From assembly GCA_965197425.1 (NCBI GenBank), contig CBDANC010000015.1, positions 384,001-448,000 on the forward strand: 64,000 nt of DNA, written 5' to 3'. A program made the position numbers and the translations under genes. The stretch comes from Bdellovibrionales bacterium (GTDB lineage Bacteria > Bdellovibrionota > Bdellovibrionia > Bdellovibrionales > JAUICD01). Every line of letters begins with the position of its first letter. Within the stretch, counting starts at the first letter, position 1. Positions 37,862-48,271 of the stretch are shown piece by piece. The notes beneath the pieces were generated by a model. The model was not told the origin of the DNA and searched no databases. It was given only the letters and a program-made list of their open reading frames with translations.

Positions 37862-39964
37862 CTACTTGCTCTCCTTAAGTTTTTTTTCATACTCAGTTAT
37901 CATGGTCTCCTGCATATTTTTTGGTACGGCTTCATACTCGGCAAACTCCATACTAAACTCTCCCTTACCCTGCGTAAGTGATCTTAAATCTGTCGCGTAA
38001 CCAAACATCTCTGTCAAAGGTACTTTCGCCTCAATTGTTATGTAACCATCTACAGTATTTGTACCTGTTATCTTACCACGTCTTTGATTCAGACCACCAA
38101 TAACTGGTCCTTGAAACTCCTCTAATGTGGATACCTCTACTTTCATTATAGGCTCTAGTATAGCAGGTTTTGCCTTTTTTATATTCTCTCTTATTGCAGC
38201 CATAGCACATATCTTAAATGCCATCTCGCTGGAGTCCACGGGGTGAAAACCACCATCATTAATCTCCACTCTAACCCTGATCAGTGGAAATCCTGTCAGA
38301 ACACCTTTTTCTAACTGTGCGCTAAATCCTTTGTCACAGGCAGGTATAAACTCTTTTGGTATTACACCGCTTACAATTTTGTTTACAAATTCATAGTTTT
38401 GATACTCGCCACTTTCTGGATCAACCGAAATAGGTTCCATGTATCCACCAATTTTTGCAAACTGCCCAGCACCACCTGTCTGTTTTTTGTGAATCTGCGT
38501 AAAATCTACTTTTTGTCTTATGGTCTCTCTAAATGCCACCTGAGGCTTACCGGTTATACACTCAACTTTAAATTCTCTTTTCATACGCTCAACATAGACC
38601 TCTAAATGTAGCTCCCCCATACCTGATATGATAGTTTCTCCTGACTCCTCATCTCTATGAACTCTGAACGTTGGGTCTTCCTTCGTAAACTTATTTAGTG
38701 CCTTAGAAAAATTTGACGAAGCAGATTTATCTTTGGGAGCAAGAGCCAACGAAATAACGGGGTCAGCTACATGCATAGAGGTCATTGCAGCGTTGATTTT
38801 ACCGTCAGTGAATGTATCGCCCGATGCACAGTCAATACCAAACATTGCAATGATATCCCCAGCTTTGGCCTCTGTCACATCCTCCATCTCATCTGAATGC
38901 ATTCGCACAAGTCTTGGAACCTTTAATTTTTTTCTATTAGAGGTGTTTACTATGGTGTCACCTTTTTTTACCGTACCTTGATATAATCGCATATAGGTAA
39001 GTTGACCATAGCGGCCATCTTCTAGCTTGAAAGCCAACATAATAAGAGGCTTTTCGTGATCCACCTCAGTGCTAAACTTCTTTTCATTGTCGTCTAAATC
39101 TAGTGCTTCGTTTTTTATATCGTAGGGACTTGGCAAGTAATAGTTTACAGCATCTAAGAGAGCTTGAACTCCTTTGTTTTTAAATGCAGAACCCATAAAT
39201 ACAGGTACAAACTTAAGACCTATGACACCACTTCTGATTGCTTTTTTTAACTCATCTGCACTTACCTCTTCTTCCATCAAGTATTTTTCTTCTACCTGAG
39301 GGTCAAAGTCAGCAACTGCTGCCACCAAATCTGCTCTGTACCGTTTTGCCTCCTCTAACATCTCCTGTGGTACATCTGAAACTTCTATTTTTTCTCCATT
39401 ATCACCAGAAAAAATGAGCTGTTTCATTTCTACTAAATCAATAACACCTTTATGAGCATCCTCTAAACCAACAGGCAGTTGAGTAAAATATGCATTCAAT
39501 TTAAGCTTTTCTCTTAACTGATCCAAAACTCTCTTATGATTAGCCCCAGACCTATCCAACTTGTTTATGAAGGCCAGCCTAGGGACATTATACCGTCTCA
39601 TCTGCCTGTCCACAGTAATGGACTGAGATTGTACACCCTCAACACCAGATAAAACCAATATAGCGCCGTCTAGTACCCTTAGGGCACGTTCCACCTCAAC
39701 CGTGAAGTCTACATGTCCTGGAGTGTCAATTATGTTTATTGAAGTGTCCTTCCATTTACAAAAAGTTGCAGCAGATTGAATGGTGATTCCTTTTTCTCTT
39801 TCAAGTTCCATGGAATCCATCTTAGCCCCCACACCATCTTTACCCCTAACCTCGTGAATTGCGTGAATTCTACCTGTGTAGAATAAAATTCTCTCAGTCA
39901 AAGTGGTTTTACCTGAGTCTATGTGGGCAGATATGCCTATATTTCTTAAATTCTTTAAATCCAT
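37862..39964 (-). CDS. fusA: Elongation factor G (stand-alone, spdEFG1/mtEFG1-like)
   Basis: [36 protein letters not shown] and DTPGHVDF. Confidence 0.95.
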   Translation of the reverse strand: MDLKNLRNIGISAHIDSGKTTLTERILFYTGRIHAIHEVRGKDGVGAKMDSMELEREKGITIQSAATFCKWKDTSINIIDTPGHVDFTVEVERALRVLDGAILVLSGVEGVQSQSITVDRQMRRYNVPRLAFINKLDRSGANHKRVLDQLREKLKLNAYFTQLPVGLEDAHKGVIDLVEMKQLIFSGDNGEKIEVSDVPQEMLEEAKRYRADLVAAVADFDPQVEEKYLMEEEVSADELKKAIRSGVIGLKFVPVFMGSAFKNKGVQALLDAVNYYLPSPYDIKNEALDLDDNEKKFSTEVDHEKPLIMLAFKLEDGRYGQLTYMRLYQGTVKKGDTIVNTSNRKKLKVPRLVRMHSDEMEDVTEAKAGDIIAMFGIDCASGDTFTDGKINAAMTSMHVADPVISLALAPKDKSASSNFSKALNKFTKEDPTFRVHRDEESGETIISGMGELHLEVYVERMKREFKVECITGKPQVAFRETIRQKVDFTQIHKKQTGGAGQFAKIGGYMEPISVDPESGEYQNYEFVNKIVSGVIPKEFIPACDKGFSAQLEKGVLTGFPLIRVRVEINDGGFHPVDSSEMAFKICAMAAIRENIKKAKPAILEPIMKVEVSTLEEFQGPVIGGLNQRRGKITGTNTVDGYITIEAKVPLTEMFGYATDLRSLTQGKGEFSMEFAEYEAVPKNMQETMITEYEKKLKESK

Positions 39965-40129
39965 AAAGCCTTTGTGAGCTACAAAGTAGTTGTTTTTATA
40001 CCATCTATTTTTTTAAACACCAAACATAAACAAAACGGTAGGCTATCGTCTAGTATTTTTTCTCTTTAAACACTTCATAAGACCACTATGGTTGAACAAA
40101 AAATCTATGATGGCTTAAAATGGTGTATC

Positions 40130-41884
40130 ATGAGACTTTTTTTAGGACTTTTCTTAATTGCGGGTGGGATCTCTTATGCACAAGATCCAAATGATATGTC
40201 TGGTAATAGGCAAACGGAGGCTGGAAATCCAGCCGTAGAATGTACCAACTGCCCTCCCGGTGAAACAAGTCAATTGGCTCGGGATACACTTAGAATTTTA
40301 GATGAAGATCGCACTTGTCCGGAAAGTGTAAAACAAATCAGATTACTTATGGCCTCTACCTATGGCTCTTGTGATGCTATGAATGTTCGACTTACAGAAG
40401 ATAAGATGCTTGAACGAGTAAGGGCAATACAGAATGGACAAGGAAATAGAATTGAAAATATAGAAAATAGGGCTTGTAAATACGGTGATGGTGACAACTG
40501 TACTGACATATCAAGTGAAGCAAGATACCAGAATGCAATTAGAAACCATCCTTACAACAGCATTGTTCCTAAATGTGAGCCTCAACCAAAATGTAACATA
40601 GCTGGAGAAGAAAGGCCTTGTCCTGGATTTTTTTTCCTGGGTAATGGTTACCCTGATCGAGGGCCCTATAGTGGAGGAAGAACTATAGATCCAGCAAGTA
40701 ACAGTTTTTTAAATAGAGACATACAAGGAAATGAATTTATAGGTTGGAATTGTTCCGAGTATGTTGCTACAGCAATGAGATTTGCTGGGCTTAACATGAA
40801 AAGTTGTGGCGAGGACAAATGGAGTTGGTGGAATGTACAAAGAATGTCAGCTGTAGCTGACAAGGAGGAAAATTGTTCCTGTATGGATGTGGTAGATCTG
40901 TCAGATCCGGACGAACAAATTAAACCGGGAGATATATTACTCTATGGTGGACATGCTATGATGATAGAGGCAAGTGATCCTGAATTTATGGGTAAGCTTA
41001 CTAACCCTACACTACAAACCACAGAATGTAGTAGAAACAAGGAGGCCTGTGAGAGAGAAATAAAAACTAAATGTTCTGAAGATAATATCAGACCCAACGA
41101 TCTAAAATTTAGTATAAATCATGCATCTGATAGTTTTGGAGGAATTGGTCCATCTAGCATGAGTTATGGAGACTATGAAGGAGTTAGAGGGTACAGCGCG
41201 GGGAACTGGCGTGCAATGGAAACCTTTCAAGTGGTTAAAGGTAGAGTGAGAGACTTGTTTGACCAAACTGGTGAGTTTCAAGATATTTCATCAGATCAAA
41301 GAGCTGTGAGCCGTGTTAGATCTGCCTATTCAATGTGGCTAGAAGGCAAAATGGAAACCTCAGTATTTTTTGAACATTTCTTACAGCAACACACTCAAAG
41401 ACTCGGGCTGTCTTACACAGACAGAGAAGCACTTGAAAATATAGATCATACAATAAGAGCTATGGCCATTGTTAGAAAACACAGCCCTTCTAGTGATGCA
41501 GAAAAGCAGAGTCAACAAAGAAAGCTTATTGCCTATTCAATGTGGTTGAGAGGTACAATGGAAGGTGATGTATTTAAATCAGCTTTTCTAGGTGAACAAT
41601 ATAGTAGAGTAGGAGCAACATGGGGTGGTGTGCGTAAACATCTAAGTTATTTGTGTAAATCCAGATTATGTAGAGAACACAATGTGAATACCAGGGATTG
41701 TGCAGAGGCAACTGATCTTGCAAATGTAGAACAGTCTGATGAGAATAATAGATTTTTTAAAGTAATAAGACATAACAGTGAAAAAGATGGTTGTGTAGAC
41801 CCCAATCCACCTAAACTAAAAAATCCTTGTGGTGATACATGTAACGAAGATGCTACTAAGGGTTGCTTGTTTTCTAGTAGTTAA
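40130..41884 (+). CDS. Secreted Cys-rich protein with NlpC/P60-like Cys-His motifs
   Basis: Signal peptide; GWNCSEYV...IKPGDILLYGGHAMM. Confidence 0.6.
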   Translation: MRLFLGLFLIAGGISYAQDPNDMSGNRQTEAGNPAVECTNCPPGETSQLARDTLRILDEDRTCPESVKQIRLLMASTYGSCDAMNVRLTEDKMLERVRAIQNGQGNRIENIENRACKYGDGDNCTDISSEARYQNAIRNHPYNSIVPKCEPQPKCNIAGEERPCPGFFFLGNGYPDRGPYSGGRTIDPASNSFLNRDIQGNEFIGWNCSEYVATAMRFAGLNMKSCGEDKWSWWNVQRMSAVADKEENCSCMDVVDLSDPDEQIKPGDILLYGGHAMMIEASDPEFMGKLTNPTLQTTECSRNKEACEREIKTKCSEDNIRPNDLKFSINHASDSFGGIGPSSMSYGDYEGVRGYSAGNWRAMETFQVVKGRVRDLFDQTGEFQDISSDQRAVSRVRSAYSMWLEGKMETSVFFEHFLQQHTQRLGLSYTDREALENIDHTIRAMAIVRKHSPSSDAEKQSQQRKLIAYSMWLRGTMEGDVFKSAFLGEQYSRVGATWGGVRKHLSYLCKSRLCREHNVNTRDCAEATDLANVEQSDENNRFFKVIRHNSEKDGCVDPNPPKLKNPCGDTCNEDATKGCLFSSS

Positions 41885-41902
41885 TATATTAGGATTAATA
41901 CA

Positions 41903-42430
41903 ATGAAATTATTTTTATCAACATTAGCACTAATAGCAACAGGCGGGGTATCATATGCCCAGGAAAAGATAACTAGTGTGCCTGACCCAGAAAAACATTT
42001 AGTCGGGCCCAGTTGTCCAATAAACCCTAGTACAGAACTTGTAAAAGACCTAATAGAGAGCTTCATAGAGGCACAAAAATTAGGCCATACAATGCCGGAA
42101 GTAGCAAAGCAAAGTTGCTTAGATACAAAAACTCCATACAGAGTTTTTATCCCCGAAATAGAACATCACGACAACTCTCCTGATGAAGAGCCATTTTTTC
42201 TCAGAAAATACAAAATTAAATCTTTTAGAAAATTTGATAGCTCAAGTTTCTCCGATGATTACCTAACTGAAGTAGAACTAAAAGGGAGGGATCAAAGAGG
42301 AAGACGAGTATCAATTAAACAAACAGTATTATTTGTAATAAAAAAAGGAGTAGAGGCAGAGTTGCAAGGATGTGTTGGGCTTCATGGTGGATGGGAAAAA
42401 CCTTTTATAGAAAGAAGATGTTATAAGTAG
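41903..42430 (+). CDS. Secreted hypothetical protein (candidate partner/immunity)
   Basis: Signal peptide GGVSYAQE resembles the upstream gene's GGISYAQD; 18-bp gap. Confidence 0.65.
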   Translation: MKLFLSTLALIATGGVSYAQEKITSVPDPEKHLVGPSCPINPSTELVKDLIESFIEAQKLGHTMPEVAKQSCLDTKTPYRVFIPEIEHHDNSPDEEPFFLRKYKIKSFRKFDSSSFSDDYLTEVELKGRDQRGRRVSIKQTVLFVIKKGVEAELQGCVGLHGGWEKPFIERRCYK

Positions 42431-42459
42431 AATCCTAACCGGATCCTGACAGACAGGCA

Positions 42460-42629
42460 GTTTCCCTGCGGGGCTTTTTTGAAGCTTGGCAGCTTCACCG
42501 CTTTATAACGAAAACTTTAACATGCTCGTGGCAACACCTTTAGCCTCGGAGACGCTTCGCTTGGACTCCTCATTAAAGGTATTGCCACTTGCCTGCGTCT
42601 TTACGTTTATAGATGGTGTAATTGATGGG
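42460..42629 (-). repeat. ~170-bp hairpin element, copy 2
   Basis: Near-identical to 8269-8437. Confidence 0.8.
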
Positions 42630-42781
42630 GTTTAGTAGGACAGTTAATTTTTTTGGAAAAGTTAAAGATATTATAGATGCCAGATCCCAGAGTGCCAGAT
42701 CTCGGAGCTAATCGGGCAGTTGGGGATCAGGCAAACGGTTATCCGACAATTGATTTTTTAAAAAAGGAGACAATTACCAGA
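42630..42781 (-). repeat. Four-helix cassette leader without the ORF
   Basis: Minus strand GATTAG..GAGATCTGGCACTCTGGGATCTGGCATC..TTTTCCAAAAAAATT matches the cassette-3 leader; also contains AATTGTCTCCTTTTTTAAAAAA. Confidence 0.75.
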
Positions 42782-43618
42782 TCACTTGGAGAAGACCTTT
42801 CTATAATGCTTCCATAGATAAATTGCAGCATAAGATCTAAAAGGACTTACATCATCTATATTTTTTAAACTCTTAAAAGTTTTGATCATCCTAGCTATAG
42901 CTAAGTCACTTGCAGGAAATGCATCCCTATCACCAACTCTAAGGCTTGCATAGTTAACAGTCCAAGGACCCACACCGGGGGCCAAAGCAAACCAAGAAGA
43001 TAACTCTCTCACACCACCACCATTTTTTAAACCCTTTGCAACAGCTCTTATTGTCCGTTTTCTTTTCTCAGTGGTTCTGACCTTAGAAAGTGTAGATCTG
43101 GATAATACTTCAACTTTGGGAAATAATTTAATTTTCTTTCCACTAACAGGATGAATACCAGTTTCACCATAATTGTTTATAAGTTCACATATCAAAGACC
43201 TGGCCTGCTTGGCAGATACAAGCTGAGATAAAATGGTGCATATTAAAGCCTCTACCATATCCCAGCTTCTAGAAAGTCTTAAACCTGGATACCTATCTAA
43301 TAAACCATATAAAAACTTGTTTTTCTTAAAAACCTTAGAAAGCTTGACAGGATCCATCTCTAAATCAAACATCCATCTAAGTCTTTTTCTAATAAAATCC
43401 AAATCTAAAATATCCCCAGTAAGCTTAACTCTAAGCCTCAAACTATTGGGGCAATCAGAAATACACATGTGAGCCAAGCTATCTTCGATGACAAACACTC
43501 TTTCAAAATAATTATCAATAACTACCTCCAAGCCAGGAGTGCTAAACACTTTATAAAAATCCAAATGCCCCCTCCAACTAAAAGGTTTTTTATAGGGTAA
43601 ATATAATGTCTTCTCCAT
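42782..43618 (-). CDS. alkA: AlkA-family DNA-3-methyladenine glycosylase
   Basis: ILSQLVS, HhH motif PGVGPWTVNY, DAFPASDL and PFRSYAAIYLW. Confidence 0.88.
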   Translation of the reverse strand: MEKTLYLPYKKPFSWRGHLDFYKVFSTPGLEVVIDNYFERVFVIEDSLAHMCISDCPNSLRLRVKLTGDILDLDFIRKRLRWMFDLEMDPVKLSKVFKKNKFLYGLLDRYPGLRLSRSWDMVEALICTILSQLVSAKQARSLICELINNYGETGIHPVSGKKIKLFPKVEVLSRSTLSKVRTTEKRKRTIRAVAKGLKNGGGVRELSSWFALAPGVGPWTVNYASLRVGDRDAFPASDLAIARMIKTFKSLKNIDDVSPFRSYAAIYLWKHYRKVFSK

Positions 43619-43751
43619 GACCTTTTCCCATGTGTTATTCAACAAGTCTTTTGTTTATAAAGTTTTAATCTGATACTACCAAGGTATAAACAATAATCCT
43701 TAAGTAACAATAATATATTTTGATGGAAAATTTTATGATACAAATCTATTA

Positions 43752-44420
43752 ATGTATCTATCAAAATTTATTTTCTTGGTTGGGTTTTTTATGAGTCCTG
43801 TGGCTTTCTCCTACGATATGCTAATAATTGGAGCTTCTGTATCAAATAACTTTGCTGCCCCATCACCAGGTGACATGATTGCCAAGGCCAATGATATAAC
43901 AGAAGACAAGATTTTAAAGATGGCAAGAAATGGTGCGGAATCTAGAACACACGATGATTATATCAGAAATAGACTACAGTCCTTTGATTACATAGTTGCA
44001 TTAGATTTGTTTTACCATGACTTTAAAAGAGCTTTTGTTTTACAAGATAGAGAGTTTAAACATGTAGGTGAGTATATAGAAAAACTTGCGCAGCACGGAA
44101 AGATTGTGTTGCTAGGAACTACCCTAAATATTGCTGGGTTGCGTGGCACTGAAATAGCAAGAAGGCGAATTATAAAACTGGCTAAAAAATACGGCAATGT
44201 ACATGTATTGGATGTAGATAGTTTGTACAAGGAATTAGAAAAGGGATTAAAATACGATGTAAATGGTGTAAAGAAAACATTTACTAAGAGCGAATTAATG
44301 GCAGATGAGATACACCCCAATGAAAAGGGCAATACAGTGTTGGCAAATCTGTTTATTGACCTACTTAAAGATGAAAAAGTTAAAGAGGCAGAAAGCCTGC
44401 CTTACATTCCACTACCATAA
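43752..44420 (+). CDS. Secreted SGNH/GDSL hydrolase
   Basis: Block I IGASVS, block V DEIHPN, and a signal peptide. Confidence 0.75.
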   Translation: MYLSKFIFLVGFFMSPVAFSYDMLIIGASVSNNFAAPSPGDMIAKANDITEDKILKMARNGAESRTHDDYIRNRLQSFDYIVALDLFYHDFKRAFVLQDREFKHVGEYIEKLAQHGKIVLLGTTLNIAGLRGTEIARRRIIKLAKKYGNVHVLDVDSLYKELEKGLKYDVNGVKKTFTKSELMADEIHPNEKGNTVLANLFIDLLKDEKVKEAESLPYIPLP

Positions 44421-44551
44421 TTAATTTCGGGTATTCTTATAACTATTTAGTATGCATAGGGAAATGATGTTTTATAAAATAAATGCTTGGCTATTGACAC
44501 TTGATAGTAGAGTTAATATTTTAACACCTGGTACTTGGAGGGATTAAGCCT

Positions 44552-45460
44552 ATGGCAATTGCTAGAAGATTTTTCTTATATTTTGTAGTCAACTTTATGG
44601 TTGTGACATCCCTGATACTACTTTATTTTGTGGTATCAGCTTTTTTACCACCTGAATACAAGGACAGCTTTTTAGAACCTATAATTTTATTTTCAGTGGT
44701 ATTTGGTTTTGGTGGAGCCATAATATCTCTTCTTATATCGAAATTTGTGGCCAAGAAATTTATGGGTGTGAAGGTGATCCCGCCAAACACTACTGACCCT
44801 AGATTCAGGTGGGTGTTGGAGACCACTCATAGATGTGCCAAACGAGCGGGGCTTTTACAAATGCCAGAGGTTGGTTATTATCAAAGTAATGAGATCAACG
44901 CTTTTGCAACAGGCCCTAGTAAAAGTAATTCTCTAGTTGCGGTATCTACAGGCCTTATAGATAACATGAATAAAGATGGAGTAGAAGGGGTCATAGGGCA
45001 TGAGGTTGCTCATATAGCCAATGGAGATATGGTAACCATGACTCTGGTTCAGGGTGTTGTGAATGCTGTGGTAATTTGCCTTTCTCAAATAATAGTACAG
45101 TTAATTGCTAGTGCCCTTAGAGGTAATAGAGGAAGAGGTGGTCTTGGATTTTTTGGAACTTTTTTTATATACCAATTAGTCTATAGCTTGTTAGCGTTTG
45201 CGGCCATGCCAATTGTGGCATTTGTATCTCGTATTAGAGAGTATAGGGCTGATGCCGGCGGTGCCAAGCTTGCAGGTAGAGACAAGATGATAGAAGGATT
45301 AAAGGAGCTTAAGCGATTTTATAATCATATAGATACCTCTCATAAATCATTAGCCACTTTAAAAATTGCAGGTAAGAGTAGTTTTCTTAGATTTTGGAGT
45401 ACTCACCCTCCTTTAGATGACCGAATAAAGCGGCTTCAAACTGGTTTTTATTCTAGATAA
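44552..45460 (+). CDS. htpX: Zinc metalloprotease HtpX
   Basis: NAFATG, HEVAHIANGDM, REYRADAG and STHPPL. Confidence 0.95.
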   Translation: MAIARRFFLYFVVNFMVVTSLILLYFVVSAFLPPEYKDSFLEPIILFSVVFGFGGAIISLLISKFVAKKFMGVKVIPPNTTDPRFRWVLETTHRCAKRAGLLQMPEVGYYQSNEINAFATGPSKSNSLVAVSTGLIDNMNKDGVEGVIGHEVAHIANGDMVTMTLVQGVVNAVVICLSQIIVQLIASALRGNRGRGGLGFFGTFFIYQLVYSLLAFAAMPIVAFVSRIREYRADAGGAKLAGRDKMIEGLKELKRFYNHIDTSHKSLATLKIAGKSSFLRFWSTHPPLDDRIKRLQTGFYSR

Positions 45461-45465
45461 TATAA

Positions 45466-46782
45466 GTGTTTGATTTATTGCTCAAAGGTGCCGGGGTTTA
45501 TTTCAATGATAAACTTCAAGATGTAAGCATTGGTATATTGCAAGATAAAATTGCCAAAATTAATCCTACCAATGCTAAAGCAAAAAAAACGTTAAATCTT
45601 AATGGCCTTGTGATATTGCCAGGGATTCTAGATACACAAGTACATTTTAGAGATCCTGGTATGGTTCATAAAGAAGATTTTTGTACTGGAACAAAATCTG
45701 CTTTAAAAGGTGGTATTACTGGGATATTTGATATGCCCAATACACTACCTGCAACAGCAAATGAAAAAGAGTACCTATCGAAACTAGAGAGAGCAAATAG
45801 CAACTCATTTGTAAATTTTGCTCTCTATATAGGAGCATTAAAAGATAATCTTGATAAGCTTAAAAATTTGGAAAACTCAAAGGCTTGTGTTGGGATTAAA
45901 ATTTTTATGGGGAAGTCCACAGGTGGATTGGTTTTAAATGATCCTGACGACTTAAAATATGTTTTAGAAAATACTAAGAACAATATTTCACTTCACTGCG
46001 AGGATGAGGATTTGTTAAATGAAAGGTTTAAACAAATTCCAAGCAATGCCACAAGCCATCACCATCCAGTATGGAGAAATGAACAAGTGGCTTTGAATGC
46101 CACTCAGAGAGTTGTGAATTTAGCAAAAAAGGTGGGTAGAAAGGTACACATTCTACATGTTACAACAAAAGATGAGCTAGAGTTTTTAAAAAACAATAAA
46201 AACACAGCCACGGTTGAAATTTTACCTCAACACCTGTTGTTCTCTCATCCTGAGGATTACGATAGGTTAGGAAGTCTTGTACAAATGAATCCGCCTATTA
46301 GATCAAAGACACATAGGGAAGCTTTGTGGAAAGCCATAAATGATGGAACAGTTGATGTAGTAGCATCTGATCATGCTCCTCACACTTTGGAAGAAAAAAA
46401 TAAACCCTATCCGGAGTGTCCATCAGGGCTTCCCGGAGTACAAACCATATTACCTTTAATGCTTAACTGGCATAGTCAAAAAAAGCTAACTCTTAAAAAA
46501 ATAGTTGATCTGTTGTTCTATAACCCTGTTAGAATTTTTGGTTTAAAAGGACTTGGGATGAGTGAAGGATGTCAGGCTAATTTTACAATAGTTGATCTAG
46601 AAAAGGAGTTTGAAATTACAAATAAATGGATCGAAAGTAAGTGCGGTTACACTCCATATGATGGTATGAAGGTGCGTGGGTTTCCAGTCACAACCATATT
46701 AAACGGAGAAGTTGCTATGTTGGATGGAGAGATATTAGGTGAACATAAAGGCAAAGGACTAGAGTTTTTGGCATTATGTTAG
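45466..46782 (+). CDS. pyrC: Dihydroorotase (type I-like cyclic amidohydrolase)
   Basis: DTQVHFRDPG, DMPNT, QMNPPIR and ASDHAPH. Confidence 0.88.
   Translation: MFDLLLKGAGVYFNDKLQDVSIGILQDKIAKINPTNAKAKKTLNLNGLVILPGILDTQVHFRDPGMVHKEDFCTGTKSALKGGITGIFDMPNTLPATANEKEYLSKLERANSNSFVNFALYIGALKDNLDKLKNLENSKACVGIKIFMGKSTGGLVLNDPDDLKYVLENTKNNISLHCEDEDLLNERFKQIPSNATSHHHPVWRNEQVALNATQRVVNLAKKVGRKVHILHVTTKDELEFLKNNKNTATVEILPQHLLFSHPEDYDRLGSLVQMNPPIRSKTHREALWKAINDGTVDVVASDHAPHTLEEKNKPYPECPSGLPGVQTILPLMLNWHSQKKLTLKKIVDLLFYNPVRIFGLKGLGMSEGCQANFTIVDLEKEFEITNKWIESKCGYTPYDGMKVRGFPVTTILNGEVAMLDGEILGEHKGKGLEFLALC
46696..46734 (+). repeat. 39-bp direct repeat, left copy (inside the pyrC 3' end)
   Basis: ATATTAAACGGAGAAGTTGCTATGTTGGATGGAGAGATA is identical to 48186-48224. 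Confidence 0.95.
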
Positions 46783-46907
46783 TATTGATCATGGTCGTAA
46801 CATCATACCAATAATCTATATTAAATTTAGGCTCGTGATTGCATTAAAAAACTACTAAAGAAATTTAGTAGGTATTAACATAGTTAAAAATCAAGAGTGG
46901 GACTATA

Positions 46908-47642
46908 ATGTCTAATTCAGTTTCATATTATACATTTTTTATTATTTTTGTTTGTTTTTTTCAAGCTACTAATGCTATTGGTGATACTTGTTCTGAAGGA
47001 CAATATCTTGTCAGAACGCATTACAGGTCAGGATATTTCAGATCTAATGGCACCTATGTTTCTCCAACTACTGTTAAGGCACATTGCAGGGATTATAGGA
47101 AGTTTGAACCCGCCACTGTACATTTTCCAGAAAAAAAAGCTGGTTTTGGAACAAAGGAAGGGTATAAAAAATTTTCTGATAGTGAAAAAGAAAAAATTAG
47201 AGAAATTTTTAAGTCATTGCCCAAAGTACTAACGGCCTTTGGTGATATAACGCTATATAGGAAAAAAGGAGGTAGAGTTAAAGATAACCCTGCATCAGTT
47301 TATCCTAAAAAGAAAGAAATAGTTTTGTATGATAATATCTCTAAGTATAATATGAAAAGAGTTATTGCCCATGAGCTAGCTCATATGCTGTATGTTAATT
47401 TATCGGATAAAGAAAAAGGTTCATATCATGAAATAGCACAATGGAAGCTTGATGAAGAAAAAGGAAAAGTTGTAATAGATAACAAACGCAAAGTTTTTAC
47501 GGAGGCGGATGGTATCACTTCTCCTACGGAAGATTTCGCCAATAATATTGAGTATTATCTTTTTGACGAAAAGACTTTGCAGAAAAAGAATAAAAGAATA
47601 CACGGTTGGATTAAGAAGTTCATGGAGAAAAAACAAAAATGA
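46908..47642 (+). CDS. Secreted zincin-like metallopeptidase
   Basis: Signal peptide; HELAH followed by EDFAN; N-terminal GYFRSNGTYV motif. Confidence 0.7.
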   Translation: MSNSVSYYTFFIIFVCFFQATNAIGDTCSEGQYLVRTHYRSGYFRSNGTYVSPTTVKAHCRDYRKFEPATVHFPEKKAGFGTKEGYKKFSDSEKEKIREIFKSLPKVLTAFGDITLYRKKGGRVKDNPASVYPKKKEIVLYDNISKYNMKRVIAHELAHMLYVNLSDKEKGSYHEIAQWKLDEEKGKVVIDNKRKVFTEADGITSPTEDFANNIEYYLFDEKTLQKKNKRIHGWIKKFMEKKQK

Positions 47643-48121
47643 GAATTCTGGTTTTATTGTTAATTTTTATAGTGTCTTGCACCCATACCGAAAGAAGATC
47701 TGAAAAAGATCACGCTATCTACTTTATCGATACCTTTCTCAATAGGGGGATTTCATTTGAAGAGATTAAAAGTGTGCTTAAAGAGCCAGATGAAATAGAA
47801 GTATCCAAAGTTTCTGAAAAAATATATAGATACGAAGGAAAGAGTACTAAACTTTTAAAGTGGAATTTTGGTGTTAATGATGAGGGAATGGTAGAGTGGA
47901 TTGGCTATCATCCTCGTTCTAACTCACTCTTAGATAGAGTTGAAATTTTACCTTTTACCTTAAAAAGGTATAACTGCAAAAAAAAGACTGAGCCAGATGA
48001 AAGAGTTCCTCATGTTATCGATGATTTTACTTTTTTTGAGTGTGCAGAAGGTAGGATAAGGGCCTATTACAACATACACGGAGAAGTTGAGGATATAGTA
48101 ATAAGCAGACACATCAAATAA
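47639..48121 (+). CDS. Lipoprotein (candidate immunity protein)
   Basis: Lipobox IVSC; ATGA overlap with the peptidase gene. Confidence 0.7.
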   Translation: MRILVLLLIFIVSCTHTERRSEKDHAIYFIDTFLNRGISFEEIKSVLKEPDEIEVSKVSEKIYRYEGKSTKLLKWNFGVNDEGMVEWIGYHPRSNSLLDRVEILPFTLKRYNCKKKTEPDERVPHVIDDFTFFECAEGRIRAYYNIHGEVEDIVISRHIK

Positions 48122-48185
48122 GGTTTACGATACTTCAATCTAATTTTGATATGAGTTAGTTTTTTGCTATTATTAGAAAAAATAG

Positions 48186-48260
48186 ATATTAAACGGAGAA
48201 GTTGCTATGTTGGATGGAGAGATAATAACCAGGGCTGGCAGAGAGTTTAGCTTTCATTAA
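48186..48260 (+). pseudogene. Displaced pyrC 3' end (right direct repeat plus alternative tail)
   Basis: ILNGEVAMLDGEIITRAGREFSFH* ends 11 bp before the M3 peptidase ATG. Confidence 0.8.
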
Positions 48261-48271
48261 AAGACAAATAT

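Larger units (their letters stand above)
46735..48185. mobile_element. 1.45-kb islet integrated in the pyrC 3' end (no integrase)
   Basis: Bounded by 39-bp direct repeats; carries a new pyrC C-terminus and two overlapping genes. Confidence 0.7.

Noticed and set aside
44494..44520. CIRCE element upstream of htpX
   Set aside because: Arms and spacing do not fit TTAGCACTC-N9-GAGTGCTAA.
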